Of a stretch of DNA of 64,000 nt, positions 26,595 through 37,744 are shown one piece after another (positions within the stretch are counted from its first letter, which is position 1; each line of letters begins with the position of its first letter). Made by a program: the position numbers and the translations under genes. Below the pieces are notes generated by a model. That model saw nothing but the letters and a program-made list of their open reading frames with translations, ran no database searches and was not told the DNA's origin. This stretch comes from Leucoraja ocellata (lineage: Eukaryota), in the NCBI GenBank assembly GCA_036785375.1, contig JAWMAR010000027.1, forward strand, positions 4,588,001-4,652,000, in the 5' to 3' direction.

Positions 26595-26786
26595 ATAGAC
26601 ACAAAACGCTGGGGTAACTGGGTCAGGCAGCATCTCTCACCCCCTGACTCTCAGTCTGAAGAAGAGTCTCGAGCTGAAACATCACCTATTCCTTTTCTCC
26701 AGAGATGCTGCCTGTCCCGCTGAGTTACTCCAGCATTTTGTGTGTATCTTAGGTGTAAACCGGCATCTGTAGGTCTTTCCTACACT
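26595..26786. mobile_element. PLE pseudo-LTR insertion with inverted ends, just upstream of the last NEDD1 acceptor
   Basis: tagacacaaaacgctggggtaac...ggcagcatctct (26596-26637) is inverted relative to agagatgctgcc...gttactccagcattttgtgtgta (26701-26746). Hammerhead-like core at 26656. Confidence 0.8.
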
Positions 26787-26818
26787 AATAATGCAGAGTA
26801 CCATTTGCTTATTTTCAG

Positions 26819-26926
26819 ATTTCAGTAAGTGATATTGTACTTAAGCACTTAGTAGTCCAAGAAGAACTAATGAAGGAATTTGTGACCTTAAAAGAAGAAA
26901 ATCAGAAGTTGAATATTTTTCGCTGA
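26819..26926 (+). CDS. NEDD1: NEDD1 last coding exon (ISVSDIVLKHLVVQEELMKEFVTLKEENQKLNIFR*)
   Basis: Acceptor ttattttcag|ATT and TGA at 26924-26926. Coiled-coil ending LKEENQKL resembles NEDD1 LREENKRL. Not shown in the ORF track. Confidence 0.88.
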   Translation: MSVSDIVLKHLVVQEELMKEFVTLKEENQKLNIFR

Positions 26927-27991
26927 TGTGTGTTCAAAGTACATCAAGTACCGCAAGCTATAGTATCCTAGAGCTGTGCTGATGTTGTATTGTTATCTAA
27001 GATTTACTCTGATTGTATTCAGATGCTAACTGTTTTAATGTTTGGAAATGGATCCCTTTCTATAATTACATTACAAGATCAATACTATGCAGCAATTGAG
27101 CTGAGAATTTCACAGCTGACGATAAGACTCGTATGCTTTCCTGAACGATTGTAAGTGGTAGCCCATCCAAGTCGAAGATTTGAGCCAGTGTAGAGGATAT
27201 TTCTACCTCTAAACAGTTTTTTAATAAACCAATTAGCATAATTTCCATAAAGTCTGGTTCCATTAATTCATCGGATAATGAGTGAAAACAGTGGTTAACC
27301 TCTGAGGTTAGCTCAGTGGCAACGGCACCTTTGTTTGCAGATTTTTTAAAAGATAAATTAGTAAAAAAATTACTGCACTCTCACACGGTGAGTCATGATG
27401 GAGTATCAGCAAGTTTAAACAGTAGGATGCTGCATATTGTGGATCTCCTGACAATGACTGTCAAAATACAATTAATCTGCCTACCAGCTGAAAATCTGTG
27501 AATTTCTCAAAGGCTGTTCGTCTTTTTCGACACATTGTTAGCTGACAAGGAAAAATTAACTATGTGTACATTACTCCTAAGTTGGGGAGTGGATTAAAGA
27601 AGGGAAGTTGTCAACTTTTGACAAATGATTACTTGCATGAATATACTTTTTTCCAAAGCATGTGTTTTAATATCCCTCCTGTTATCTGAGTTGAAGGCCC
27701 TGTATGTACAATCATGATTGACAAACTAATATTCTAGTATAGGTATAGCTACTCTCAATATCAATGGAATAGAAAAGGTTTCAAAGAAACCTAAGTAATT
27801 TGGATTTGGAAACTAAAGTTCAAGCTTCTACTTTGCTCTTTGTAAATTTACATGATCCTTTGCCTTTATGCACAATTCATGGGCTCTTTAAGACCGCATT
27901 CTATATTTGCAGATAAATAATGAATTATATCAACGAATGCACAATTTGTATATAGTTTATACTTTATAGTGTTGCCTCCTTTTTTTTGCAC

Positions 27992-27997
27992 AATAAA
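27992..27997 (+). promoter_or_regulatory. Candidate NEDD1 polyadenylation signal (a proximal AATAAA also lies at 27223-27228)
   Basis: AATAAA followed about 20-35 nt later by a T/GT-rich tract (ttttttgattggtgatttt), ~1.07 kb after the stop codon. Confidence 0.4.
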
Positions 27998-28569
27998 TGA
28001 GCAGTTGAAAATATTTTTTGATTGGTGATTTTATAAGATACATCTACGTAAGGTTCCTTGTTAACTCTATCTTTAATGATGTGTTTATATCTGGGGGGAA
28101 AAGAACACAGATTTGAGGTCAGTTATGGTAATTTATGAATTTACCAGATCTTTTCAGCTAGAACTGGTGAATGTTGTGGCTTTGTGGGACTACTTTATCT
28201 TTCCTGTGAAGAATGATAACATTGAAAATTGGCTTCCATTGTAGTTCCACCCTTTCCTGACCATCTTGCCTCATAGGTGAACTTCTTCCCATTATTTTGA
28301 AAGGTTATTCTTGGATAATCATTCTTCTGAACACTTGGTCATGTCATTCAAATTAACTCAATGTAGAAATTTATAAAAAACAATGAAGTTCCATTTGGCA
28401 TTTGGAAAACAAATTCTCATTGTGGAAGGATTTAAAACAAATTAATATTTTCTGTCAAACCACCAAAGTGCATATTTGCTGTCACTTGGATAAAATCACT
28501 GAGACATTTTATTTGAAGAAACAACTTTAATTTCAGGAAGCATTGTGCAAGAAGATGGGCCGCTAGTAG

Positions 28570-28930
28570 TGAAAGGCTTGGATAGAATGGATGTGGAGGG
28601 GATGTTTCCACTCGTGGGAGAGTCTAGGACCAGTGGTCATTGCCTCAAAATGAAAGGATATTCCTTTAGGAAGGAGATGAGGAGGAATTTCTTTAGTTAG
28701 AGGGTGGCAAATCTGTGGAGTGTATTGCCACAGTTGGCCATGGAGGCCGTCAATGGGTATTTTTACGGCAGATATAGATAGATTCTTGATTAGTGCCGGT
28801 GTCTAGGTTTATGGGGAGAAGGTGGGAGAATGGGATTGAGGGGGAGAGATTGATCAGCTATGATTGAATGGTGGAGTAGACTTGATGAGCTGAATGGCCT
28901 AATTCTGCTCCTATCACTTATGAACTTAAA
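28570..28930 (+). mobile_element. CR1 LINE 3' end
   Basis: ggcttggatagaatggatgtggaggggatgtttcca...aatggcctaattctgctcctatcacttatgaact. Confidence 0.85.
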
Positions 28931-31159
28931 ACAGAACTTTAAAGAACGTTGAGTGTTCACAAAAGGAAAAAAAACGAATGTTATACTCAATGCAGTAATT
29001 TCTTTTTAAAATGAGCAAGGATGAAATAAACCTGACTCTATGTTGTTGGCTAGATGTAATCCATGAACAGGAGTGGAATTTTGCTTGTGATCTATAATTT
29101 GCCTTGTATATGAAACAACAATTGGATTTAATGCTGATAATTTGGGAAATAACGAGGATTTCTACAGCATTTGAAGAGAAAATATGTGCAGTAGCACAAT
29201 AAATGGAATGTAGTGGGATTATTGTAAAGTATGAATGAAAAGGTATTCTGAGTGAATATGTAAGGCTGAGAGGGGGGCAAGCAGATTTGATACGTTGGAA
29301 GAAATGGAAGTTAAGCATCTGAAAGAAAGATGTGATCTGAAATAATGTGGCGTTGAGAGTATCCAGAACACAAAATAAAACAAAACTTTGGACTGCCCAG
29401 ACTCGTTTCTGGCCAGAAGCACAAACGATGTGCCCCTCTATTCCACAGGAACAGTGTTGATGTATGTCTGTGAATGGAAAGTAACCGTATTGCCGTGACC
29501 ATGGTATTGCCTGAATTATGTGGGGAAGCCTATTGTATCGGACCAAAAATTTGGAACTCTAATCATTAACATATTATCTAATTTTAACTGTTTGGGGTTG
29601 AGCCCACCACTGCCACCCATTCTTAGGCACATACATAAATAAATTAAGTGTTGAGGAAACCAAGAAAAAAAACCCTCCCCAATCCCCCACCCAACACTTC
29701 CCTGTTCACAACAAATTAATATTTGTAACTGGCAATGGTAGTCTTCCTTAGAACTTTGTTCATTTTTTGTTTCTAAAAATGGTGCAGAGAATTTGTGGTT
29801 ATCTGTTAATCTGTTCAAAAAGAAAATGGTTTGGACCTATGCAGATATGAACATTTTTATGTGAGCCTTTGTATGTTACTGAATAGTTTGCTAGACAACA
29901 TGAAGTGTTGGAAGGAGTTACATATGAGCAAGACCAGTTTGACAGCCAAGTTGATTAGTATGCTATTACCAAAACTGTCTGATTTAAATGGCAACTAATT
30001 TTTAAAAACAATTTGTAGATTTGATTTTGACACTTTCTCCAGATATCTATTTGTAATTGCATATCCATATTAAATAGAATGCAACATTATGCATAGCATG
30101 GAGGAATTAGTCAGTAATACTGCACAGAAACAGACCATTTAGTCCTCTGAGTCCCTGCTGAATATCAATTAGCCTCACATTTCGACCATTTCCCCAAGAT
30201 TCTACAATGCTCCCAATGCACTAGGGATAATTTAGTAACAGATTAACCGACCCACGTGCACTTTTTTGAAATGTGAGCCTCAATTTAATTGACTTCACAC
30301 TTTTTCAGCATCGTAAACTGATAGTATAGTATATCTATTTACATTGTGGACTTAAATCTAAGATAAATAGTAACTACCAACATCTAATCTAAATCTCCAT
30401 TAAAATATTTTACATATATTTATAACATATGACCAGATCTTCCAACTGGTATTTGATTCCCTTAGCCCTCAAATCCTATGCTTCATTTTGGCTGTGTCAA
30501 TCTGATCGTCTCCAAGTCTATTTCTTAATTCTCCAATGAAAAGAGCCCTTTTGACTTGGCACTCTGAGCATAAAAAATGAGAAATAACTTCATGAGTTCA
30601 TCGTTTTTGTTTGTTGCTCTTCACATCATAATGTTGCAGATGGGAACAAAAATTGGACGCAGTTCTCCAAAGTGTGTTTGTTGCAAAGCATTTCAAAGTA
30701 ACGTACAGTTTTATATTTCACAAATCATGTGGATTTTTCTTTTTCCGAGTATCTTGTCACCTTGCTATGGGTGTTTTAATAATTTGTCAACGATGATCTA
30801 CGAGTGTTTCTGCAGTTTACTGTAAAATAATTGATGTTGAAGAACACATTGACCACATTTCAATTTTTGTTCTGGATGGAAGAACGGAATGTTCCTTAAA
30901 AAGTAAAATATGTAATTAACAGTGGAGTTTTATGTTGTTGGCGAAGTAATGTTGATATGCAGCAAACATAGTTTTGTTTTGTGATCCTTCTTAAGATTGA
31001 TTGTTGTTGGGGAGGTGGGGGTATGAAAGCTGAAAGAGATGATATCCCTTTTCTCCAGAGACGCTGCCTGACTTGCTGATTTCTTCCAGCATTTTGTGTC
31101 GATCTTCAGGAAGGACAAAGCCTGGCAGGTAATAGGCCTTGAATATGACATGTGCTTTC

Positions 31160-31300
31160 ATGACTGAAGATCTAAGCCAGGTTGACTTGTTTCCTCTGTA
31201 GTTTTTATGGGTGCTGAGGAGACTGAAGAGACCAACGTGGGATCCGCAAACTCTTCTATAGATGGGGTAGGAATCTGGGTACTTTATTAATAAGTGCAAT
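31160..31300 (-). mobile_element. RTE-clade LINE 3' end (degraded)
   Basis: Minus strand YRRVCGSHVGLFSLLSTHK resembles the RTE C-terminal zinc-finger-like CGR.CGS.IGL.SH motif; a similar + strand piece lies at ~45370-45440. Confidence 0.5.
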
Positions 31301-31371
31301 CGGTACACTAGAGAGCACTGTTAAAATTACCATTGGCCTAGAGCATTGAATGTCATACCGCAGTTAATGGA

Positions 31372-31772
31372 AGGATGGCCGCCAGCGTTGAATCTCCGCC
31401 CAGCGCGGCCCTTGGACTTCGGGAGCCGCGGACTCTGGAAGGAGGTGGCCGATTCGGATGTCCAAGCTAATGAGGTTCTCCCGTTCCGACGTCGGAGTTC
31501 CATCATCCCGTCGAGAGGGCCTGAGCATCGAGCCACCTGTAGCGCCGACTGCGGAGGGCTCGGGAGGCCCCGACCACGGGTGTACATCAAAGAACATCAA
31601 AGAGGAGAATGACTGAACTTTGGGCCTTCCCTCTCAGTAGGAAACTTTGATTCCGCCGTGCAGGGGATGTTTATGTTAAAATACTATTGTGGTTTTTTTT
31701 TTAATTCGTATGATGACCCCAAATGGTGTATCAGTTGGTGCATGTGACAATAAATGTCCCTTGAATCTCTTG
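31372..31772 (+). mobile_element. GC/CpG-rich young retroelement 3' portion with gtgacaataaa signal and short repeat tail
   Basis: CpG-rich body ending ...catgtgacaataaatgtcccttgaatctcttga; architecture resembles the insert at 63372-63651. Confidence 0.5.
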
Positions 31773-33794
31773 AGTGAAAGTATTGAGCATGATCCTAATT
31801 GCTAGACTACATGAAGGTGTGCTGAACTAAAGGAAACTTATTTAAAATACTGGACTTGATTTTTTTAATTCCGTTCAAGTAGATATAAAGTAAATGAATT
31901 TTGTTGGGTTAACTGGATTCATGAGCTAGATTAAAAAAAATCCTTGTGCAAGGGCTTTGGCTAACAAAGCTGTGCCTGTAGTTCTGAGAAGGTACTTTAA
32001 GTGAATATTTTGTGCGTTCTGAAGGGCTTGCTGAGCTTCATTGAGCTAACGTTTGCCATTTGGACCGAAATTGCATCTTGGCCTGACCACATAGATGTGA
32101 CATCTTTAAAGGATGAAATGAATCTGATTATTTGGAATGATTATTGTATTATTTATTCTGCTTGCATGATCTAATTACACAACTTGTAACAAAAATTAAA
32201 ATCGCTTTCATTTGGTTTCTAATCTGGTGTTATAATTTGCTACTTCTGTACATCTAATCAGAATAGACTTCATTGCAATGAGGTGTTGACTATTTCAACA
32301 TTTTCAGATAATTAATTGTTGCTTGGACATTGTTAAATTGATGGGAAAATGTGTATTTTGCACACTTTAAGCATCTTGTCCATTGATAAAATATTAAGTT
32401 AATTCCTTTTCCAAAGTCTTCATGAACTACAAGATTCTACTTCTGACAAAAGTCTTTCAACCTAAGAATTTAACATAGTTTCTACTCCAACAGATGCTGC
32501 CTGACTTGCAGAGTGTTTCCAACGTTTCCTATTTCTATTACATGATTCCAGTAGCTGACAACTATTGTATTAATTGTGGGTTTTCTAAACGTCATAATTT
32601 GGAAATGATCTTCTGTGCATTTTTTTGTTATAAATTGGGAAAATATGTCTTCCTCAAGTCCCATTCCATGTGTAAAGTTGCAATAATTTTAGATTATTGT
32701 TAGTATTTGTAGGAATGCTGTTGACTGTGAACGACTAAACAACTATTTTATGACCAGTTATATAAATGAAATTTCTCTGCATTTATATTTGCTTTTATAA
32801 ACTCATTTTGCTTAGTTCATTAAAACTAATTTGTTCCGCCGATATTTCTTATCCAGACATGCTCATTACTATGTCTAAGGCAAACCACTGATGATCTGTG
32901 CAGTATTAAATGTCTATTATCTCTGAAATTACTTCCTCTTTGTATCCAGAAACACATTTACGGTATTTATGTAAGTTGATATGCCTTTTAGAAAGATTCT
33001 ACTTCTATTTTCCCTTTTGTCTTCTACATGTTCGTGCACCTTGGTTCCATTTGTGAAGCTGCTTACTCATCTAACCATACATCTCCATACATTTCAGAGC
33101 AAGTGATATCTGTTCAAATGACAATCGTAAAGTGGGCACTATGTGATTAAGTAATGTACCGCTGAGTGATTTGTTACTTTTTAAACTATAATTTATTTTA
33201 AAAATTGGGTAATTTTATTTGAAGTAGTGGAGCCAGCTTGGTCTTTACTCTGTGAACAACCGAGGCATGAAAAGGCACAACTGAGATCACTATAAATGAG
33301 CTTGAAATTATATGTCCTGTGAACCCAAATGGGTGTGTAGGTAGGGTGCACCAGTCAGTTCCAAGGATGCACACTAAGAAGAACATCATCTGTTGTTCGG
33401 CGATGATCAATTCTGTGAGAGATTTGCTTTTGTAAGCCTGGTCTTTCAGTGCAACAAAATACTAATAGCTGATGTATGTAGACTGTCACATATCGAAGGT
33501 CCAAAACTTTTCCCAGAAAGTTAGATAGAATGGTAAAGATGGATTTTGGCACGAAGGCCTTCATCGGTCAAGGAATAGAGTATAAAAGTTGGGATATTGT
33601 TACAGTTGTACACTATGTTGGGCGGGGGCACACTTGGAGTATCATGTTCAGTTTTAGTCACCCTGCTGTTGGAAAGATGCCATTAAACTTGAATTGAAGA
33701 TTTACAAGGACGTTGTCAGGACTTGAGGGCCTGAGTTATCAGGTGAGGTTAGCAGACTAGGACTTTATACCTTGGAGCAGAGGAGACTGATTAG

Positions 33795-33927
33795 AATCTG
33801 AAGAAGGGTCTTGACCCAAAAAGTCACCCATTCTATCTCTCCAGAGATGCTGCCTGTCCCCCTGAGTTACTCCAGCTTTTTGTGTCCATCTTTGGTTTAA
33901 ACCAGTATCTGCAATTCCTTCCTACAC
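33795..33927 (+). mobile_element. PLE pseudo-LTR/tail fragment with 11-bp TSD
   Basis: TSD agactgattag at 33784-33794 and 33928-33938; ctgaagaagggtcttgaccc at 33798. Confidence 0.8.
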
Positions 33928-33938
33928 AGACTGATTAG

Positions 33939-34246
33939 TTTATTCAGTTTAGAGATACTGCGCAGAAACAGACCTTTCGGACCATATAGTTTGCATCGAC
34001 CAGCAATTCCCGCACATTGACACAATCCTACACACACTAGGGACAATTTACACTTATACCAAGCCAATTTACCTACATACCTGTACATCTTTAGTGCGTG
34101 AGAGGAAACCGAAGATCACAGAAAACCCACGCAGGTCACGGGGAAAACATACAAATTCCATAGATACAGCACCCATAGTCGGGATCGAACCCGAGTCTCT
34201 GGAGCTGCAAACACAGTAAAGCAACAACTCTCCCGCTGCGCCAGTG
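33939..34246 (-). mobile_element. HE1-like V-SINE
   Basis: Full antisense copy with tRNA head (gggatcgaacccgagtctctgg), V-domain and CR1-like tail. Confidence 0.85.
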
Positions 34247-36412
34247 ATGTTGTAGAGGTGTATAAAATCATGAGTGACATTTATTAGAATCAATGCATAT
34301 AATCTATTTCCCAGAATGGGAGATTCAAGAATTAAAAGACAGGTTTATAGTGAGAGAGAAATATCATAATAGGAACCCGAGGGACAACCTTTTTCTCACA
34401 GTGTGATGGGAATATGGAATGAGATAATAGGAGAAATAGTTGAGCCAGGTACAGGAATAAGATTTAAAAGACACTTGGGTAGTTACACTGGTAGAAAAGT
34501 TTTAGAGGGATATTGGCCAACCACAGGTTAATAAATGGGACTTGGGTTAGATGGAGCACCATTGTCAGCATGGACAGGTTAGGTCAAACAGCCTGTTTGC
34601 CTGCTGAATGATGTGAAGACTAAATTGTGCGGGATCCATTTTGTACAAAAGCTGTGTAGCAAAAGGCACTGCACACTGAGGGGCTGGAATCTAAATGAGA
34701 ATACTGGTGTCGGGGGCTGTGGGGAGAAGGTAGGAGAATGAGGCTAGGAGGGAGAGATGGATCAGCCATGATGGCCATTTAGATTGGTTGGCCCATATCC
34801 CTCTAAAACGTTTCTACCCGTGTAACTACCCAAATGTCTTAAATCTTATCCCTGTACCTGGCTCAACTATTTCTCCTATTATCTCATTCCATATTCCCAT
34901 CACACCGTGTAAAAAAGGTTGTCCCTCTGGTTCTTATTATGATATTTCTCTCTCACTTTCAACCTGTCCTTTAATTATTGATTCTCCCATTCTGGGAAAT
35001 AGACTGTGCATTGATCCTAATAAATGGCTGAATAGACTTGATGGGCCAAATGGCTGAATTGACTTGATGGGCCGAATGGCCTAATTCTGCTCCTATCACT
35101 GATGAATATGAATATCTTTGATTTGTTTCTCAAAGAAATTATGGTGAAGAAAAATTAATATCAGGCAGACGATGTAACTCTTCGAAATAATTAGAATGGC
35201 AAGCCTTGTACTGCGAATGGTTACATTAATTTCATGTATTCATAAATTTTAAAAATCATAATGACGTATAACTTTGAAAGAAAATTCCGGCACTCCACAC
35301 ATGCTTGAATCACAAGGGACAATATGCATTTTTAGGACTGAATGACTAGAAAGCAATTAATTTCTGGCAGTTTCCTTGGTAACCATCAGCTGCATCCAGC
35401 TCCATTCAGTTCAATATAATGACCAGATCTGAGTTTAATCAAAGGTAGACAAAAATGCTGGAGGAGCTCAGCGGTGAGGCAGCATCTATGGTTAATCAAT
35501 ATCTGTTCAGGTAAATATTGGCTTGGACACTGGGGAGAATTTTTCTATTCTTCTGGGAAGTTGGTAATGGAATAAGATGCCTCAAATGTTATCTCTTGCA
35601 TCCAGTCAAAAGATTAGCAGGATGTGTGGTTCAATACCACGTCCTTCAATTGTTGAAGTGCTCTTGTTCTTATTTTAGCAATGTGAATGGTAAGTGTGGT
35701 CGAACATTATGTAGCTATAAAAACTCTATCTTATTCTCACGGAGATTAAATAAGATGACTTCGGTGAAAGATAAAAGTTGAAATGTGCAAAGTATTCACA
35801 ACAAACTGGATGATTTAATAGTATTGGTAGAGATAAATGGAATTGAATTTGCCGAGCTATCAAAGAAGGAAAAACAATACCCAATAGACAGGTGGTATTG
35901 TTTTCACACTTTACCCTTCCTTATCTCTGGATCTTCCTCTCCCCTGACTCTCAGAATGAAGAAGGGTCTCGACCTGAAAGGTCACCCATTCATTTTCTCC
36001 AGCGATGCTGCTTGTCCCGCTGAGTTATTCTAGCATTTTGTGTCTATCTTCGGTGTAAACTAACATCTGCAGTCCCTTCCGACATACAACCCAGATACTT
36101 TAATAAGAGTTAAGCAAAATAGAAAATGGGTATGGGTAGTTTGCCCTGATAAAGGATTGACCAAAGGCAATAGAGAAATGATCTTGAGGAAAATAACATG
36201 TTTGTAGAATTAGTTTTGGTACCACCAGGAAACAAAAAGATACAGAAGGCATCAGTGTGAATAATTTCCAGGCTTGTTAACAGTCTCTGTGATGACAGAT
36301 GGAATATAAATCAGGAAAATGTTAATGTGTAATACAGCAGTCAAGTGTTTCAGTCCAACTGGATGGAGCAAATCTACAGTCGCTTGTGTTTTGTGAATTT
36401 GTCCTCTGCTTT

Positions 36413-36631
36413 CATAGAAACATAGAAATTAGGTGCAGGAGTAGGCCATTCGGCCCTTCGAGCCTGCACCGCCATTCAATATGATCATGGCTGATCATCC
36501 AACTCAGTATCCCGTACCTGCCTTCTCTCCATACCCCCTGATCCCCTTAGCCACAAGGGCCACATCTAACCCTCTTAAATATCGCCAATGAACTGGCCTC
36601 AACTACCCTCTGTGGCAGAGAGTTCCAGAGA
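36413..36631 (-). mobile_element. Young CR1 LINE 3' end
   Basis: catagaaacatagaaattaggtgcaggagtaggcc...; near-identical reverse complement of 38457-38676. Confidence 0.9.
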
Positions 36632-36930
36632 ACGTTTAGTTCATGTTTCAGTTTAGTTTTTATTGTCACATGTACCGAGGTACAGTTAAAAGCTTTGGTT
36701 GCATGCTAACCAGTCAGCAGAAAGTCATGTCAAAGAACCAACATGGAAATGTGCTGCTTTTGTACTGGGATTGTACAGTTAAACAGTTAATCAATAATTC
36801 TGTATTGAAAGGGCATCTGAGGAGAGAATGCACATGATAACATTTATAGACAAAAAAAGCTGGAGAAACTCAGCGGGTGAGGCATTATATAAATCAAATT
36901 TATAATCAGATCAAGTAATTAAGACTAATA

Positions 36931-37110
36931 CAGGTCCTCCCTAGCTTGTAAATGTCTGATATAATATACAGCCCATACATACAAAGTAGTATATGGGAGG
37001 ATGGATTTGCTGTCTTGGTAGCACAGATCATACCATAATTCCAATTTATAAACGGTTCAGGTCATAAATCATTCTCGTGAACGGAACCATTCACAACCTG
37101 GAAGGACCTA
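36931..37110. mobile_element. Tigger-like (Tc1/mariner-pogo) MITE remnant
   Basis: TA|caggtcctccc ... ggaaggacct|a inverted ends. Confidence 0.45.
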
Positions 37111-37744
37111 CAGATGCCATGAATCTAAATAAAGTAGATTACATAAATTTGGAGGTGTATTGAATATGGCCAATTGTGAAGCTTGATTAAAAGGCATGGC
37201 AGTAAATAAATAATGGTTGACATTGAAAGGAATGAGCAATTTGCATTTTATCACTTCCATTTAAAGTGATCCAACTGTTCATTCTTAATGATGGTAATGA
37301 GTTTTAGATTAAAGGCTGACGGTGGATGACGGAGTATTTTGGAATTCAGGAAGTGCATTGTGTCTCTTACTGATTTACAGCATCCTATTTAATGCATGTA
37401 AATTAGGGAAAGTATCCCATGGCATTTTACTGACTGTTGCATGTATTATCAAAGAACAATTGATGCTAGGACTGATAACCAAATGCTGGGTTGAATAAGA
37501 AGGAATTAAGAGTGTATTCTCTATATTACAGCATAATATATACTCTATATTACAGCATGGAAACAGGCACTTCAGCACCAACATGCTCCATCTATACCAG
37601 ACCCACCTGCCTGGGTTTCGTCCATATCCCTCTAAAGCTATCCTATCCATGTACCTGCGTACCAACTATTAGTAGCATATTGTATTGACCTGTCTCTTGG
37701 TGACAAAGACAAGAATGAATGTTTCAACAACAGGTTTAGTGAGG

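Larger units (their letters stand above)
33510..34610 (+). mobile_element. CR1 LINE 3' fragment interrupted by a SINE and a PLE fragment
   Basis: CR1 ORF2 end (cacttggagtatcatgttcagttttagtcacc...cttggagcagaggagactga|...|gtgatgttgtagaggtgtataaaatcatg). Confidence 0.8.

Noticed and set aside
28926-29546. Longest ORF in the track (206 aa, minus strand) as a gene
   Set aside because: Non-ATG start, composition typical of AT-rich non-coding DNA, no recognisable domain and no splice structure.
31372-31610. CpG island / promoter of a downstream gene
   Set aside because: Only ~240 bp and continuous with a retroelement-type 3' end and tail.
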